64,000 nt of DNA from Bacillota bacterium (GTDB taxonomy: Bacteria > Bacillota > Proteinivoracia > UBA4975 > VEMY01). Both the position numbers and the translations under genes were made by a program. The stretch spans positions 15,345 through 79,344 of the forward strand of contig VEMY01000008.1 in NCBI GenBank assembly GCA_009711825.1. Reading direction: 5' to 3'. Shown piece by piece: positions 1 to 9,515 of this stretch. How positions within the stretch are numbered: the stretch's first letter is position 1; every line of letters begins with the position of its first letter. Under the pieces are notes generated by a model that worked only from the letters and a program-made list of their open reading frames with translations, did not search any database and was not told the origin of the DNA.

Positions 1-159
1 CGCCTTCCACCAGGCCTGTTTCACGTTTCGCTTGAGTTCTGCCCCCAGCGGACCATAATCCCAGCAACTACTAAAGCCGCCATAAATCTCACTGCTTTGA
101 AACACAAAGCCCCTCCGCTTTGCTAATGATACAATTTCGTCCATTTTCTTTTCTGACAT
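1..159 (-). CDS. glyQS: glycyl-tRNA synthetase (dimeric GlyQS type), N-terminal part; gene continues past the window edge
   Basis: Minus-strand translation [45 protein letters not shown] matches the conserved GlyRS N-terminus. RBS AAAGGAGG lies 7 nt upstream of the ATG at 157-159. Confidence 0.8.
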   Translation of the reverse strand, partial: MSEKKMDEIVSLAKRRGFVFQSSEIYGGFSSCWDYGPLGAELKRNVKQAWWKA

Positions 160-179
160 CTAATTGCCTCCTTTCATAT

Positions 180-420
180 AAAAAACCGTCCCTGAATCAG
201 GGACGGGTCCTTTGCCCGCGGTGCCACCCTGGTTGGTCGCTATGGACCCACCTCACCTGACCCGTTATCGGGGGTCAACCGGCCGCTGTTAACGGCAGCT
301 CCAGAGCGCCTTCTCCTGTAACTTCGGGCTTGCACCGTCCCCGAATCGCTGAGTGGCCAGGATACTCTTCTCCTTCTACGCCTTGGCAATATTTTACCCC
401 TTGGCGCGGTAATTAGTCAA
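180..420 (-). ncRNA. T-box riboswitch leader upstream of glyQS (tRNA-Gly sensing antitermination leader)
   Basis: Minus-strand AACCAGGGTGGCACCGCG (rc of 217-234) matches the T-box consensus AGGGTGGnACCGCG. It overlaps the 5' arm of a terminator hairpin CCGTCCCTGATTCAGGGACGG (186-206) followed by a T-run. The leader sits directly 5' of glyQS. Confidence 0.75.
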
Positions 421-423
421 GGA

Positions 424-452
424 ACAAAAAAGAGCGGATCAACCGCTCTGAT
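424..452 (-). terminator. rho-independent terminator downstream of the yerC-like gene
   Basis: Hairpin AGAGCGGTTGATCCGCTCT followed by TTTTTTGTTCC on the minus strand. Confidence 0.7.
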
Positions 453-455
453 TTG

Positions 456-764
456 TCAACTCTCGCCGTTTTGCAGCCGCATCAGGATCTCGCCGTAGCC
501 ACCTTCACCATATTCAAGACAACGTTTGACTCGACTGATGGTTGCGGTGCTGGCGCCGGTAGATTCCTCAATCTTGTGATAGGTAAACCCTTCTTTGAGC
601 ATACGCGCCACTTCCAGACGCTGGGCCAGAGATTTGACCTCATTGACTGTACATAAATCCTCAAAGAAACGATAACATTCATCCATATCCTGCAGAACCA
701 AAACCGCGTTGAACAGTTGCTTGATGTGACGCTCCTCTAATTTTTCCAGTTGCACACTTGACAC
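456..764 (-). CDS. yerC: YerC/YecD family TrpR-like protein
   Basis: A 102 aa ORF; sequence ...TVNEVKSLAQRLEVARMLKEGFTYHKIEESTGASTATISRVKRCL... is typical of the YerC/YecD family. Confidence 0.7.
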   Translation of the reverse strand: MSSVQLEKLEERHIKQLFNAVLVLQDMDECYRFFEDLCTVNEVKSLAQRLEVARMLKEGFTYHKIEESTGASTATISRVKRCLEYGEGGYGEILMRLQNGES

Positions 765-903
765 CCCCGTAGGATGTGAATTATTTCTTTAAGATTATAT
801 TCGTTTTAAAGCGTTAAACTCCTGCTGCATGCAAAGATTTTTCCGGACTTTTTTCTCCACTTGCATTTATATATCAATATAAGGCAAATGTCAAACTCGT
901 CAC

Positions 904-1716
904 CTAAATGTAAAGATTGTCCTGCAAGTTTTGCAACTTTTCGAAGCTGGCGGTAAGATTGTCCGAATCACCTTTGACTTCCAGCGCGGCACAAATGTCC
1001 GACGACGAAAACTCAGCCACGAGCGGCGCAAAGGCAATCTCGCCGCTGCCCACAGGCAAATGCGTCCCCTGATCAAACGGCAAATCAGATCGTGCGTCGC
1101 TGAGGTGCAGGCCGGTTATCCGCAGACCGGCACTAAACGAGATTATCTCATCGACACCATAACCGTCATAGACATTATGGGATACATCAATCAGCACCCC
1201 CAGCTCCGGGAATCTCTGAACAAACCTCCGAAAGTCCGCAAGTCCGTCGAAGATAAAAATATCCCCGCTGACGTGGGTCTCCAGGGAGAACGTCACACCC
1301 CGGGCAGCAAATCGGGGCAACCAGCGCTCCACCAAACCTGCCAGTTGTTCCTTTGAATGCTTGCGACCCACCTCGGTCAGACGTGGCGGATGGAAGGAAA
1401 CATCCTCAAACCCTGATTTAACAGCCCGGTCCAGTCCCAGCGCCAACCGCTTATCCAGGCGACGACAATCTCGCGCATCTACCAGCGGCCGAACACCGCC
1501 AATATGATAGGTTAGGCGAAAATCAGTAAAAGCTGCCGGTATAGCGTCCAAATCTAAACCCAGCTTCTGCTCATAAAGCCAGGGTGTTATTTGGATGCCC
1601 GGGCAACCAAACTCTTGCGCAAGGCGGGCGAGAAACTGCCACTTTTCCTGGGCATCCCCCAGGCTGATTAGGTTTTCGAGATTGTCATCGCCAAAATCAT
1701 CCATGGCAAGATACAT
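904..1716 (-). CDS. sugar phosphate isomerase/epimerase (xylose isomerase-like TIM barrel) family protein
   Basis: 270 aa; TIM-barrel AP-endonuclease/xylose-isomerase-like sequence features; RBS-like GGGGGGAAGGA upstream. Confidence 0.5.
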   Translation of the reverse strand: MYLAMDDFGDDNLENLISLGDAQEKWQFLARLAQEFGCPGIQITPWLYEQKLGLDLDAIPAAFTDFRLTYHIGGVRPLVDARDCRRLDKRLALGLDRAVKSGFEDVSFHPPRLTEVGRKHSKEQLAGLVERWLPRFAARGVTFSLETHVSGDIFIFDGLADFRRFVQRFPELGVLIDVSHNVYDGYGVDEIISFSAGLRITGLHLSDARSDLPFDQGTHLPVGSGEIAFAPLVAEFSSSDICAALEVKGDSDNLTASFEKLQNLQDNLYI

Positions 1717-1749
1717 TAATCCTTCCCCCCGAAAAAAAGTCCGGACGCT

Positions 1750-2106
1750 TTAAAACCAGCGCCGGACCCGAATAGTTGTCCCCTTGCCGGGCACGCTCTT
1801 AACCTCCGCCTCATCCACCAACATACCGACAATGGTAAGCCCGGAACCATATCCCGACACTCCGGCCAGGTCACCATAATATTCTTCCAATTCCTCCCTG
1901 CGCGGTTGCTGCAGCAGCCCCTCCACCTGTCGGACAGTTTCACGGTCCATACCAACACCATCGTCATCAACCTTGATTTCGATATTGTCCGCCCGGGCCC
2001 TGACCTGAACATCAATTTTTCCCGCTCCAGCGTTAAAAGAGTTGCTGACTAATTCGTCAAGAATTCCCCGTGCCCATCTGCGTTCACTTGCCTTGATCTT
2101 AGTCAT
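1750..2106 (-). CDS. anti-sigma regulatory factor-like HATPase (Ser/Thr kinase RsbW/SpoIIAB-like)
   Basis: 118 aa with HATPase_c-like motifs (ILDELVSNSFNAG..., DDGVGMD, GYGSGLTIV). Confidence 0.5.
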   Translation of the reverse strand: MTKIKASERRWARGILDELVSNSFNAGAGKIDVQVRARADNIEIKVDDDGVGMDRETVRQVEGLLQQPRREELEEYYGDLAGVSGYGSGLTIVGMLVDEAEVKSVPGKGTTIRVRRWF

Positions 2107-3352
2107 CCCTTCTCAACCCCCTGTATATTGCTACAATTGCAGTGGCGATCAAGCCGCCCGAGAAACCATTATTATAGAGGTTAAGCCCGCCATGAACCGC
2201 CCCAACGTTATGCACAACAATCATGTGTAAAAACCCTGCTGCGACCGCTGTCAGATTGCCAAATTGCAGGGTCAACGGCGCCATGGTCGTGGCAAACAAA
2301 CCGGCCAGCTGGGCACCCGGACTATCAACCGGGAAGTGAAACACCCAGGAAGCCAACCACACCCCGAACATCAGGGGCACAATATTCCGCGGATGCTTGC
2401 CAAAGGCGCCAAAGCCAATCATCGTCAGGACACCGCCGGCGGTGGGACCGTTCACATCACCGCCAATCAACAACAAGTAACCAAGACCGACAAGACCGAC
2501 CAACCCCATATTAATCAAAGCCGGACCAAACCCCGCCAGACTGATAAAATCCGTGACCAAAGTGCCGGGGTGGGCAAGGATTTCCCGATACCCGCTGAAT
2601 CGGCCCCGGTTAAAAATCAAGCCCAGGATAATCAAGCTTAGGCAAAGTCCCAGCACCAAAAAGGAATAGGTGGTCGTGCCCTCGGTGTCCCACAATAGCT
2701 TGGCCGGCACTTCGCTGCCCAGTCCCCGCAGGAATGAGACAACAAACAGGCCGACAAACCCGGCGGTAAAGCCCAAGTTATATAGGTTGAAACCCTGATG
2801 GTTTCGCAGCAGATGGGCCGCCAACGGTGAAAGGATAAACCCAGCCACTATTCCAATAATAATTCCCGCGGGCAACCCAAGGCCAGAGCCAAAAGCGGTC
2901 TGGGACACCACCGGCCCCAAGGCAGTGCCAAACAGAGCCGGCAGGATGTGCCTCCGTAACCCGCCCCCCTCTACTTTTGCATATAACCAAACCCCGAAGA
3001 AGATGGGGAAGATGTTAAATATATTCTTGCCAAATAGACCAAAGCCCACCATAGTCATAATCGCTGCCATAGTTGGCCCCGTAATATCGACATGGAGCAC
3101 AGTAAGGAGCAGCAGGCCAATCAGGCCGACAAGAGCCGCATTAACCAGAGCCGGGCCGGGCCCGGCCAGCGCCACATAATCACTGAGCAAACGACTGGGA
3201 TGGGTAATTATCTGGTTAAGCCCGGAAATCGTTGTCCCCCGACCCCAGACAAGACCGACAACCAGCATCGCCACCAGCAACCCTAACAAAACCAGGCGCC
3301 TTAAGTCATCTTGGATTAACGGGCCAAAACGTTCTTTCCACAATTTTCGCAT
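2099..3352 (-). CDS. DUF1576 family polytopic membrane protein (internally duplicated)
   Basis: 417 aa, highly hydrophobic, two homologous halves (GPALVNAALVGL / GPALINMGLVGL; FGKNIFNIFPIFFGVWL / FGKHPRNIVPLMFGVWL). Confidence 0.55.
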   Translation of the reverse strand: MRKLWKERFGPLIQDDLRRLVLLGLLVAMLVVGLVWGRGTTISGLNQIITHPSRLLSDYVALAGPGPALVNAALVGLIGLLLLTVLHVDITGPTMAAIMTMVGFGLFGKNIFNIFPIFFGVWLYAKVEGGGLRRHILPALFGTALGPVVSQTAFGSGLGLPAGIIIGIVAGFILSPLAAHLLRNHQGFNLYNLGFTAGFVGLFVVSFLRGLGSEVPAKLLWDTEGTTTYSFLVLGLCLSLIILGLIFNRGRFSGYREILAHPGTLVTDFISLAGFGPALINMGLVGLVGLGYLLLIGGDVNGPTAGGVLTMIGFGAFGKHPRNIVPLMFGVWLASWVFHFPVDSPGAQLAGLFATTMAPLTLQFGNLTAVAAGFLHMIVVHNVGAVHGGLNLYNNGFSGGLIATAIVAIYRGLRRDD

Positions 3353-3405
3353 TCAAAGGACCCCTTATTTCTGTCTGGTCCAATTTTTCCCCCTGGCCAT
3401 GGGAA

Positions 3406-3735
3406 TTATGAATCCTGTTCTTTTTCTTGCTTCAATGCCGAAAAGCCTGCGGTCAGAAACAGCATTGCCGATGGGAAGAAATAAAGCGGGGCAGTAATCA
3501 GACCGCCAGCAGCTGTGGCAATGAGCAATTTTCCGCTGCGTCCGGGTTTGCTTTCCCGGCTCAGCGTCGCCCAGAGGGCAATGGCGCTGAACGCACTGAG
3601 CATAATTACCTGATAATAGTTAGTACTTACACCATCAACTGTCCCGGGTTCTCCATAGCCCGCCAAAGTAATTAGGGCAACCACAAAACCCAATCCGGCG
3701 CCAACAAAACCCTGCCAATTTTGTTTAAAGTTCAT
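3406..3735 (-). CDS. small integral membrane protein (hypothetical)
   Basis: Start set to the internal ATG (MNFKQNW) at 3733-3735, overlapping the MFS gene stop by 10 nt; three predicted TM helices. Confidence 0.4.
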   Translation of the reverse strand: MNFKQNWQGFVGAGLGFVVALITLAGYGEPGTVDGVSTNYYQVIMLSAFSAIALWATLSRESKPGRSGKLLIATAAGGLITAPLYFFPSAMLFLTAGFSALKQEKEQDS

Positions 3736-5008
3736 GCCTGCTCTCCTTTCGCGTTTCATACATAAAGAGACTCGCCACAAGCGCTATAAGCGCCAATATA
3801 ATATAGATACTGAATGCCGACTGAAAATCCTGCTGGGTGTAGATAGGGACACCATCGCGAATTGTACCATCCCACAAATTGTCCAGACGCCAGCCAATCA
3901 GTACGTTGGCTAGGGCAGTGGCCAGAAACCCGGCAATATTGACAATGCCTGTGGCGGTTCCGGAAAGCTCAGGATGGTTGACCTGCTTGGTGTTGGCGAA
4001 GCAAAGCATAAACGAGATTCCCAGCATGCCAACTATAAAGTATAAGGGACCGACCAATACCAACGGCGGCATGCCCCCGGCGAAAACCACCAAGTACAGC
4101 CAAAACCCGCTTACCGCTGCCGCCGCACCGACAATCGGCAGCTTTGTGCTGCCCAGCTTGTCCGCCGCCCACCCCACCAAGGGAGAGCCGGCAAGAATCC
4201 CGAGATTGAGCAAGAGCACATAGCGTGAAGCTTGCGCAGTGTCGATGCCGTAGACCTGGGTCAGATATGGCACCCCCCAAAGTCCTGAAAAGGACATCAC
4301 CCCGCTCATCAAACCAGCGATAACGAAAAAATTAATCCAGGTACCGGGAGTGGAGACGACAATCTTGACACTTTTTAACAAGCCAAATCTGGGTCGGGCT
4401 GAGCCGTTACCCTGCCCGACAAAACCTGCACAGGCCGGGCTATCCACCACAAACAACCAAATCGCGGCAACCAGTAGCAGGGTAATGGCGCCAATGAGGA
4501 TGAAAGAGTGACGCCAGCCAATCGCCAGTACCAACAAGACCAAAGGTGTAGTCGCCAATATGCCGCCCAGGTTGCCAACAAACGAGGACATACCGGTCAT
4601 AGTTGCATAGCGATTTGGAGTAAACCACACCGCTTGGATTTTCAGAAGCGATAGGAAGATAACTGAAACACCCAACCCCACCAAGAGTCGGGCGGCATAG
4701 GCCATACCCACTCCCGGAGCGAGACCAAAGATGATTGAACCCACCCCGGCCAAAAGCATCCCCCAGAACGTGGTCATCCGGGGACCGACAAAATCGCTGA
4801 ACAATCCTGATGGCAATTGCATCAGGCCATAGGCGAAAAAATACATCGAGGCGAGATTGCTGAGCTGGGTACCAGTAAGTCCCAGGTCCCGGGTCAAGTC
4901 GTCGGCGACAACTGCCGTGGAATAACGATGAAAGAATACAATCAAGAAGGCAAACGCCAGAATGCCCCAGTTCATCCAACGGCACATTTCGAAACTTCTG
5001 TTCTTCAT
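3725..5008 (-). CDS. MFS transporter
   Basis: 427 aa, 12-TM MFS architecture with the typical loop motif (GLFSDFVGPRMTT). Confidence 0.75.
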   Translation of the reverse strand: MKNRSFEMCRWMNWGILAFAFLIVFFHRYSTAVVADDLTRDLGLTGTQLSNLASMYFFAYGLMQLPSGLFSDFVGPRMTTFWGMLLAGVGSIIFGLAPGVGMAYAARLLVGLGVSVIFLSLLKIQAVWFTPNRYATMTGMSSFVGNLGGILATTPLVLLVLAIGWRHSFILIGAITLLLVAAIWLFVVDSPACAGFVGQGNGSARPRFGLLKSVKIVVSTPGTWINFFVIAGLMSGVMSFSGLWGVPYLTQVYGIDTAQASRYVLLLNLGILAGSPLVGWAADKLGSTKLPIVGAAAAVSGFWLYLVVFAGGMPPLVLVGPLYFIVGMLGISFMLCFANTKQVNHPELSGTATGIVNIAGFLATALANVLIGWRLDNLWDGTIRDGVPIYTQQDFQSAFSIYIILALIALVASLFMYETRKESRHEL

Positions 5009-5036
5009 CCTCTACCACCTTCCAAAGGAAAGACCC

Positions 5037-6764
5037 CTAGCTGGGGTCTATAATTTCAGCAAACTCTTTCCGCAGCAGCTCTTCTATCTGTTTGCCATCG
5101 GTATAATTTTGGACTTCTTTCCAGATTTCCTGACACCGTTTGCTGTCTAAGGAGCGGATCAGGTTTTTAACCACCGGAATGCTGCTGGCGCTCATACTAA
5201 ACTCATCCATTCCCATGGCCACCAACAAAGGCGCGGCAAGGGGTTCGCCAGCCATCTCCCCGCACATACCGACAAAAATCCCGTGCTTATGGCCGGCCTG
5301 AATAACATTGTCAATTAGGCGCAGGACCGCCGGATTGAATGGGTCATACAGATACGATACTTGTTCGTTCATCCGGTCAGCGGCACAGGTGTACTGAATA
5401 AGATCGTTGGTGCCGATACTAAAGAAATCCACCTCTTTGGCAAACTGATCGGCCACCACGGCAGCAGCCGGGATTTCAATCATAATCCCCAGCTTATAAT
5501 CCTTGGAGAATTCTACACCTTCGCTGGTCAAATCAGCCTCAACCGCTTGCAAAATGGCTTTCGCCCGGCGGACTTCATCCAAAGTCGCGACCATCGGCAG
5601 CATGATCCAAGCATTCCCATAGACTGCTGCCCGGACAATTGCCCTGAGCTGAGTTTTAAAGAGCTCCGGGTTATTAAGGCAGAGGCGAATCGCCCTGTTG
5701 CCCAGGAAGGGGTTGAGCTCCTCCTCCATTTGCAAATAAGGCAATTGCTTGTCGCCACCAATATCCAGGGTGCGAATAATTACCGGCATATCGCCGAAGG
5801 ACTCCAAGACTGTGCGGTATGCGTCATACTGTTCCGCTTCCGAGGGCATGTCTTTGCGGTCCATATATAGAAACTCTGTGCGGTAGAGGCCGACGCCCTG
5901 GGCACCGTTGGCCAGTGCACCCTCGACATCGTTGGGAGTTCCGATGTTGGCAGCCAGTTCAAAAACTTTGCCGTCGGCGGTTTCGGCTGGCAGATCCTTC
6001 AACTTTGCCAATTCCGCCTTGCGGGCCAGTTCTTTCTCCCGCTGCTGGGAGTATTTATCTAAAGTGGCCTGGTCGGGGTTAACTATAACCTCGCCCTTAT
6101 TACCATCAACAATTACCATGTCTCCATCTTTCACCTGGTCGGTGAACTTCCCGGCGCCGACAACGGCCGGAATTTCTAGCGACCGAGCCATGATTGCGCT
6201 GTGGGAGGTGCGGCCGCCAATTTCAGTGACAAACGCCAAGACGTAACGCTTATCCATTTGTGCTGTATCTGATGGCGCTAAATCCCGGGCGAAGACCACC
6301 ACCGGTTTGGAAAGTTGACCGAGAGCGCCTGTTTCTACACCCAAAAGGTTATTTACCCAGCGCCGGCCAATGTCGCGGACATCGGCTGCACGTTCGCGCA
6401 TGTATTCGTCGTCCATGGCTGCAAACATCTCTACATACTTTTCTGCGGTATCCGCCACTGCAGCTTCGGCGTTGCTGCCATTGGCGATTGCTTCGTTTAT
6501 TCCTTCTGTAAGCATCGGGTCTTCCAGCAGCATCAAATGGGCGTCAAAAATAGCCGCTTCTTCAGCGCCGGCTTTGGCAGCCAACCCATCCCTGATTTGC
6601 TCCAGCTGTTCCCGGGTCTGGGTCCTGGCAGCAAGCAGACGCTTTGCTTCCGCTTCCTGTTGTTCCGGAGCCACCTGGTGACGGGGGATTTCCACGTCTC
6701 CTTCTGTCAGGCAGTAAGCTTTGCCAATCACTATTCCGTTGGATGCAGCGATACCTTGTAACAT
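5037..6764 (-). CDS. ptsI: phosphoenolpyruvate-protein phosphotransferase (PTS enzyme I)
   Basis: 575 aa; MLQGIAASNGIVIGKAY... N-terminus, GGRTSHSAIMARSLEIPAVVG and PEP-utilizing domain motifs. Confidence 0.92.
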   Translation of the reverse strand: MLQGIAASNGIVIGKAYCLTEGDVEIPRHQVAPEQQEAEAKRLLAARTQTREQLEQIRDGLAAKAGAEEAAIFDAHLMLLEDPMLTEGINEAIANGSNAEAAVADTAEKYVEMFAAMDDEYMRERAADVRDIGRRWVNNLLGVETGALGQLSKPVVVFARDLAPSDTAQMDKRYVLAFVTEIGGRTSHSAIMARSLEIPAVVGAGKFTDQVKDGDMVIVDGNKGEVIVNPDQATLDKYSQQREKELARKAELAKLKDLPAETADGKVFELAANIGTPNDVEGALANGAQGVGLYRTEFLYMDRKDMPSEAEQYDAYRTVLESFGDMPVIIRTLDIGGDKQLPYLQMEEELNPFLGNRAIRLCLNNPELFKTQLRAIVRAAVYGNAWIMLPMVATLDEVRRAKAILQAVEADLTSEGVEFSKDYKLGIMIEIPAAAVVADQFAKEVDFFSIGTNDLIQYTCAADRMNEQVSYLYDPFNPAVLRLIDNVIQAGHKHGIFVGMCGEMAGEPLAAPLLVAMGMDEFSMSASSIPVVKNLIRSLDSKRCQEIWKEVQNYTDGKQIEELLRKEFAEIIDPS

Positions 6765-6825
6765 AATTAATTCTCCTCTCGATTAAATAACTTCGTACAT
6801 TATAGCATAATCATTTGCTTGTTCA

Positions 6826-6862
6826 TAACATAAAAACGCCGGGACATCAATAGTCCCGACGT
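6826..6862 (-). terminator. terminator hairpin downstream of the 6876-8048 gene
   Basis: AACGTCGGGACTATTGATGTCCCGGCGTTTTTATGTT on the minus strand. Confidence 0.6.
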
Positions 6863-6875
6863 TAAACATCGTTAT

Positions 6876-8048
6876 TTACTTCTTTACAACCCAGACAATT
6901 GCTGCCGCCAAACCAACCGCCAAAGTGCCCCAGAGCCAATAATTGCTCTTTTCTTGCTCTTCGCCGTCTGTATCATCCATGGCAGCCAAATCCACAGCTG
7001 CTTCTGCTGTCCGCTCACCGGTTGGCAAAATCGCGGCATCTTCTTCCGCATAATAGTTGCCGATATACTCTACATCATCGTTGTCACGCAGGAATTCTGC
7101 CTGCTCAAGGGTCAGCTGGGCAACAATCATGTTACCCTCAACCTCGAACTCGATGTCTTCGGCACTCAGGTAATCAATAATCCGTTCCAAAGAAGCCTGA
7201 TAACCTTCTGCATACAATTCATTCAGGGCAACGTAGAATTCTTCGAGGCGTGGGTCCTGATCGGTTGCCGGCCTGATCACATCGCTGGCGACCGGTTCAT
7301 CTCCATCGACGGCATCCGAACCGTTACCGTCAACGATGGTCTTTTCAGCAAGATCGGGCTCAACGGCCGGCCCAATCGCCGGTTCTCTGGCCCCAGTGGC
7401 GTCGTCCGCAGGCTCCGGAGTATCTGCAGGCTCAGTTTTGTCGGCGGGCAAGGGCAATAATTGTGGTTGCCGGCCTTCTTCAGTAGGTTGCCCGGGCTCA
7501 CGTCCATCATCATAACCCTGGAATCCCGACTGACCTCCCCCGTCATAAGTCGGAAGATCCCTGGCTCCGCCCGGTTGCAACTGGGTGGGTGCCTCCATGT
7601 CATATTCTTCATACAGTGCCCTGATGCGCGCTTCCAAATCGGCGCTCAACTGGAAACGGGGCATGATGAGCACAGAAATCATTTCTCCCTGCACATCGGT
7701 CTCCACAGGTAGGATTTCGGCCTCCATCGAAGCGATTTCACTTTCTTCGGCTTGTAATGCCTGCAGTTCCTCGTTGGTTAGCAATTCACCACTCTCTGTA
7801 TCCATGGCCACCATGCCACGCAGGAAATCTTCGTTTTCGGTGACAAAGTAGGCAACCAGCAGCTGGCGGTCAAGCTCTACAAGTTTCAGTTCACGGATAC
7901 CGTGAAGTTCAAACTCCTCCACTTCCAACCCATAGGTTTCTGCGAAAAACTCCTCCAGCAGGGCAGAGCTGTCATCTGCTAAGACAGGTGCAGCAAACAC
8001 TGTCAGGGCCAAAACTAAAGTTAACACAACAGCAAATGTTTTTTTCAT
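6876..8048 (-). CDS. secreted, highly acidic protein with signal peptide and C-terminal membrane anchor (hypothetical)
   Basis: 390 aa; signal peptide MKKTFAVVLTLVLALTVFAAPVLA, Asp/Glu-rich body, C-terminal TM YWLWGTLAVGLAAAIVWVVKK. Confidence 0.55.
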   Translation of the reverse strand: MKKTFAVVLTLVLALTVFAAPVLADDSSALLEEFFAETYGLEVEEFELHGIRELKLVELDRQLLVAYFVTENEDFLRGMVAMDTESGELLTNEELQALQAEESEIASMEAEILPVETDVQGEMISVLIMPRFQLSADLEARIRALYEEYDMEAPTQLQPGGARDLPTYDGGGQSGFQGYDDGREPGQPTEEGRQPQLLPLPADKTEPADTPEPADDATGAREPAIGPAVEPDLAEKTIVDGNGSDAVDGDEPVASDVIRPATDQDPRLEEFYVALNELYAEGYQASLERIIDYLSAEDIEFEVEGNMIVAQLTLEQAEFLRDNDDVEYIGNYYAEEDAAILPTGERTAEAAVDLAAMDDTDGEEQEKSNYWLWGTLAVGLAAAIVWVVKK

Positions 8049-8106
8049 AATCCGTACCCCCTTTCGCCTGTAAGACGCAATAACCAGGCAAATGGTTCAA
8101 ATAAAT

Positions 8107-8433
8107 TTACTCAAATCTGCGGGTGTTAATCGCCTCTTTTTCTAAGAGATAGCTCTCTATATCATCAATACCGGCCATGCCGGCAATCGAAAGCAGAAAA
8201 ATAAGGCAGTCCACCACCTCATAGGCCAGCTGGCGGCGATTATCTTCCCCAATTTTACCGTCCCGGGTAATCCGCCACACCTCGTGGGCCAACTCCCCCA
8301 CCTCTTCGCTAAACAAAACAAATTCCTGCTCCAGACTGGTGCCATCAAAACCCCGGCATTTTTTCATCTCAGTTATGTACCCGATGAGCGCATTTAGCTC
8401 CATGTTTTGCGGCTGCACTTCAGTCACCCCCAT
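8107..8433 (-). CDS. MazG-like nucleotide pyrophosphohydrolase
   Basis: 108 aa; EEVGELAHE...DCLIFLLSIAGMAGID fits the MazG/NTP-PPase all-alpha fold. Confidence 0.6.
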   Translation of the reverse strand: MGVTEVQPQNMELNALIGYITEMKKCRGFDGTSLEQEFVLFSEEVGELAHEVWRITRDGKIGEDNRRQLAYEVVDCLIFLLSIAGMAGIDDIESYLLEKEAINTRRFE

Positions 8434-8603
8434 ATGGAATTAATAATATCAAATTCAGCGCCAGTAATACAGCCCGGCTCAGCCACCGGGGATGTATCTA
8501 GATCAGCACAGGCCGAGGGGGTCCCCATATGCAACTGCTTGGCTTAAAAAGGAAATAAGCCCTAGGTGTCGAAACCTTATTTATCGATATTTTGGAGGAT
8601 CTT

Positions 8604-9296
8604 ATGCGTAAATTACTAATTTCCTTACTGCTTGCCGGCATGATCCTTATGTCTGGCTGTTTCGATGCCGAATTTCACTTGACTGTAAACCGGGACGGCA
8701 GCGGCGATTTCAGCTACCAGCTGGGCTTTGACCGGGACTTCCTGGCGATGATGGAGTCCGAGGGCGAGGATCCCCTGGCAGAAATGGCGATCGAGGCCGA
8801 GGCCGACGGTTTCACTGTAACCAGATACGAGGACGATGATTATGTCGGTATCAGGGCCACCCAGCACCTGCCCCAAATTACTGCTGAAGACCTCGATGTC
8901 TTTGACGAGGCCTCCACACAGGGCGATGGCCTAGTAGTGGAAGAGAGTTTATTCAGAAGTCATTACCGTTTCCAGGCCGACATGAATATGGAAGGCATGG
9001 GAGAAGATGAAGAATTCGGCCAGATGATGCTCAACCAAATGAACTTCCGGTTCACGATTACACTACCGGTTAAACCTGACAGCCATAACGCCGATTCGGT
9101 GTCTGAGGACGGAAAAACCCTGACATGGAACCTGCGTCCGGGCCAGGCCAATCCGATTAATCTGGAAGCGTCAGTTCCGAACATTGTCTTTATTGCCATC
9201 CTGGGTGCAGGCGCAGCATTGTTACTGATTGGGCTGATAGTTCTAATTGTAGTATTGCGTCGGCGCCGGGAAGCAGACTATTACAGGCCGGTCTAG
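8604..9296 (+). CDS. lipoprotein with C-terminal TM anchor (hypothetical)
   Basis: Start set to ATG 8604 (RBS GGAGGA 8594-8599); lipobox LLAGMILMSGC; C-terminal TM plus RRRRE stop-transfer. Confidence 0.5.
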   Translation: MRKLLISLLLAGMILMSGCFDAEFHLTVNRDGSGDFSYQLGFDRDFLAMMESEGEDPLAEMAIEAEADGFTVTRYEDDDYVGIRATQHLPQITAEDLDVFDEASTQGDGLVVEESLFRSHYRFQADMNMEGMGEDEEFGQMMLNQMNFRFTITLPVKPDSHNADSVSEDGKTLTWNLRPGQANPINLEASVPNIVFIAILGAGAALLLIGLIVLIVVLRRRREADYYRPV

Positions 9297-9399
9297 CCTG
9301 AAGCCCCAAGAAAACAGCAATCAATCGCAAAAGCCGCACCCAGACGGATGCGGCTTTTCATTACGTCCCCGAGTGGCATTGCCGAATATGTCTCAGCAA

Positions 9400-9433
9400 A
9401 CCTCCGTCCCCGGGTGGGCACCCGAGTGGGCAG
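9400..9433 (+). repeat. degenerate copy of the ACCTCCGTCCCC-core REP-like palindromic element
   Basis: ACCTCCGTCCCCGGGTGGGCACCCGAGTGGGCAG shares the 12-nt core and TGGGCA arm with 11 other copies in the window. Confidence 0.6.
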
Positions 9434-9515
9434 CGGTGGAATATTTTGTCCCGGGTATGTTATAATTGCTGGTATAAATTATGGAAACGACCTTTCAGAT
9501 GAGGAGGATAAAAAT

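Noticed and set aside
931-1356. Numerous plus-strand ORFs antisense to well-supported minus-strand genes (e.g. 931-1356, 5361-5870, 6315-6761, 12509-13012, 29919-30602, 33330-33800, 38571-39935, 45833-46885)
   Set aside because: They overlap, on the opposite strand, genes with strong family-level matches. Their proteins are low-complexity or Arg/Pro/Ser-rich as expected for antisense frames of 52% GC DNA, and lack RBS context.
1716-2015. 99 aa minus-strand ORF overlapping the anti-sigma HATPase gene in another frame
   Set aside because: It is completely nested in the 1750-2106 gene, which has clear HATPase motifs; Trp/Arg-rich frame-shadow composition.
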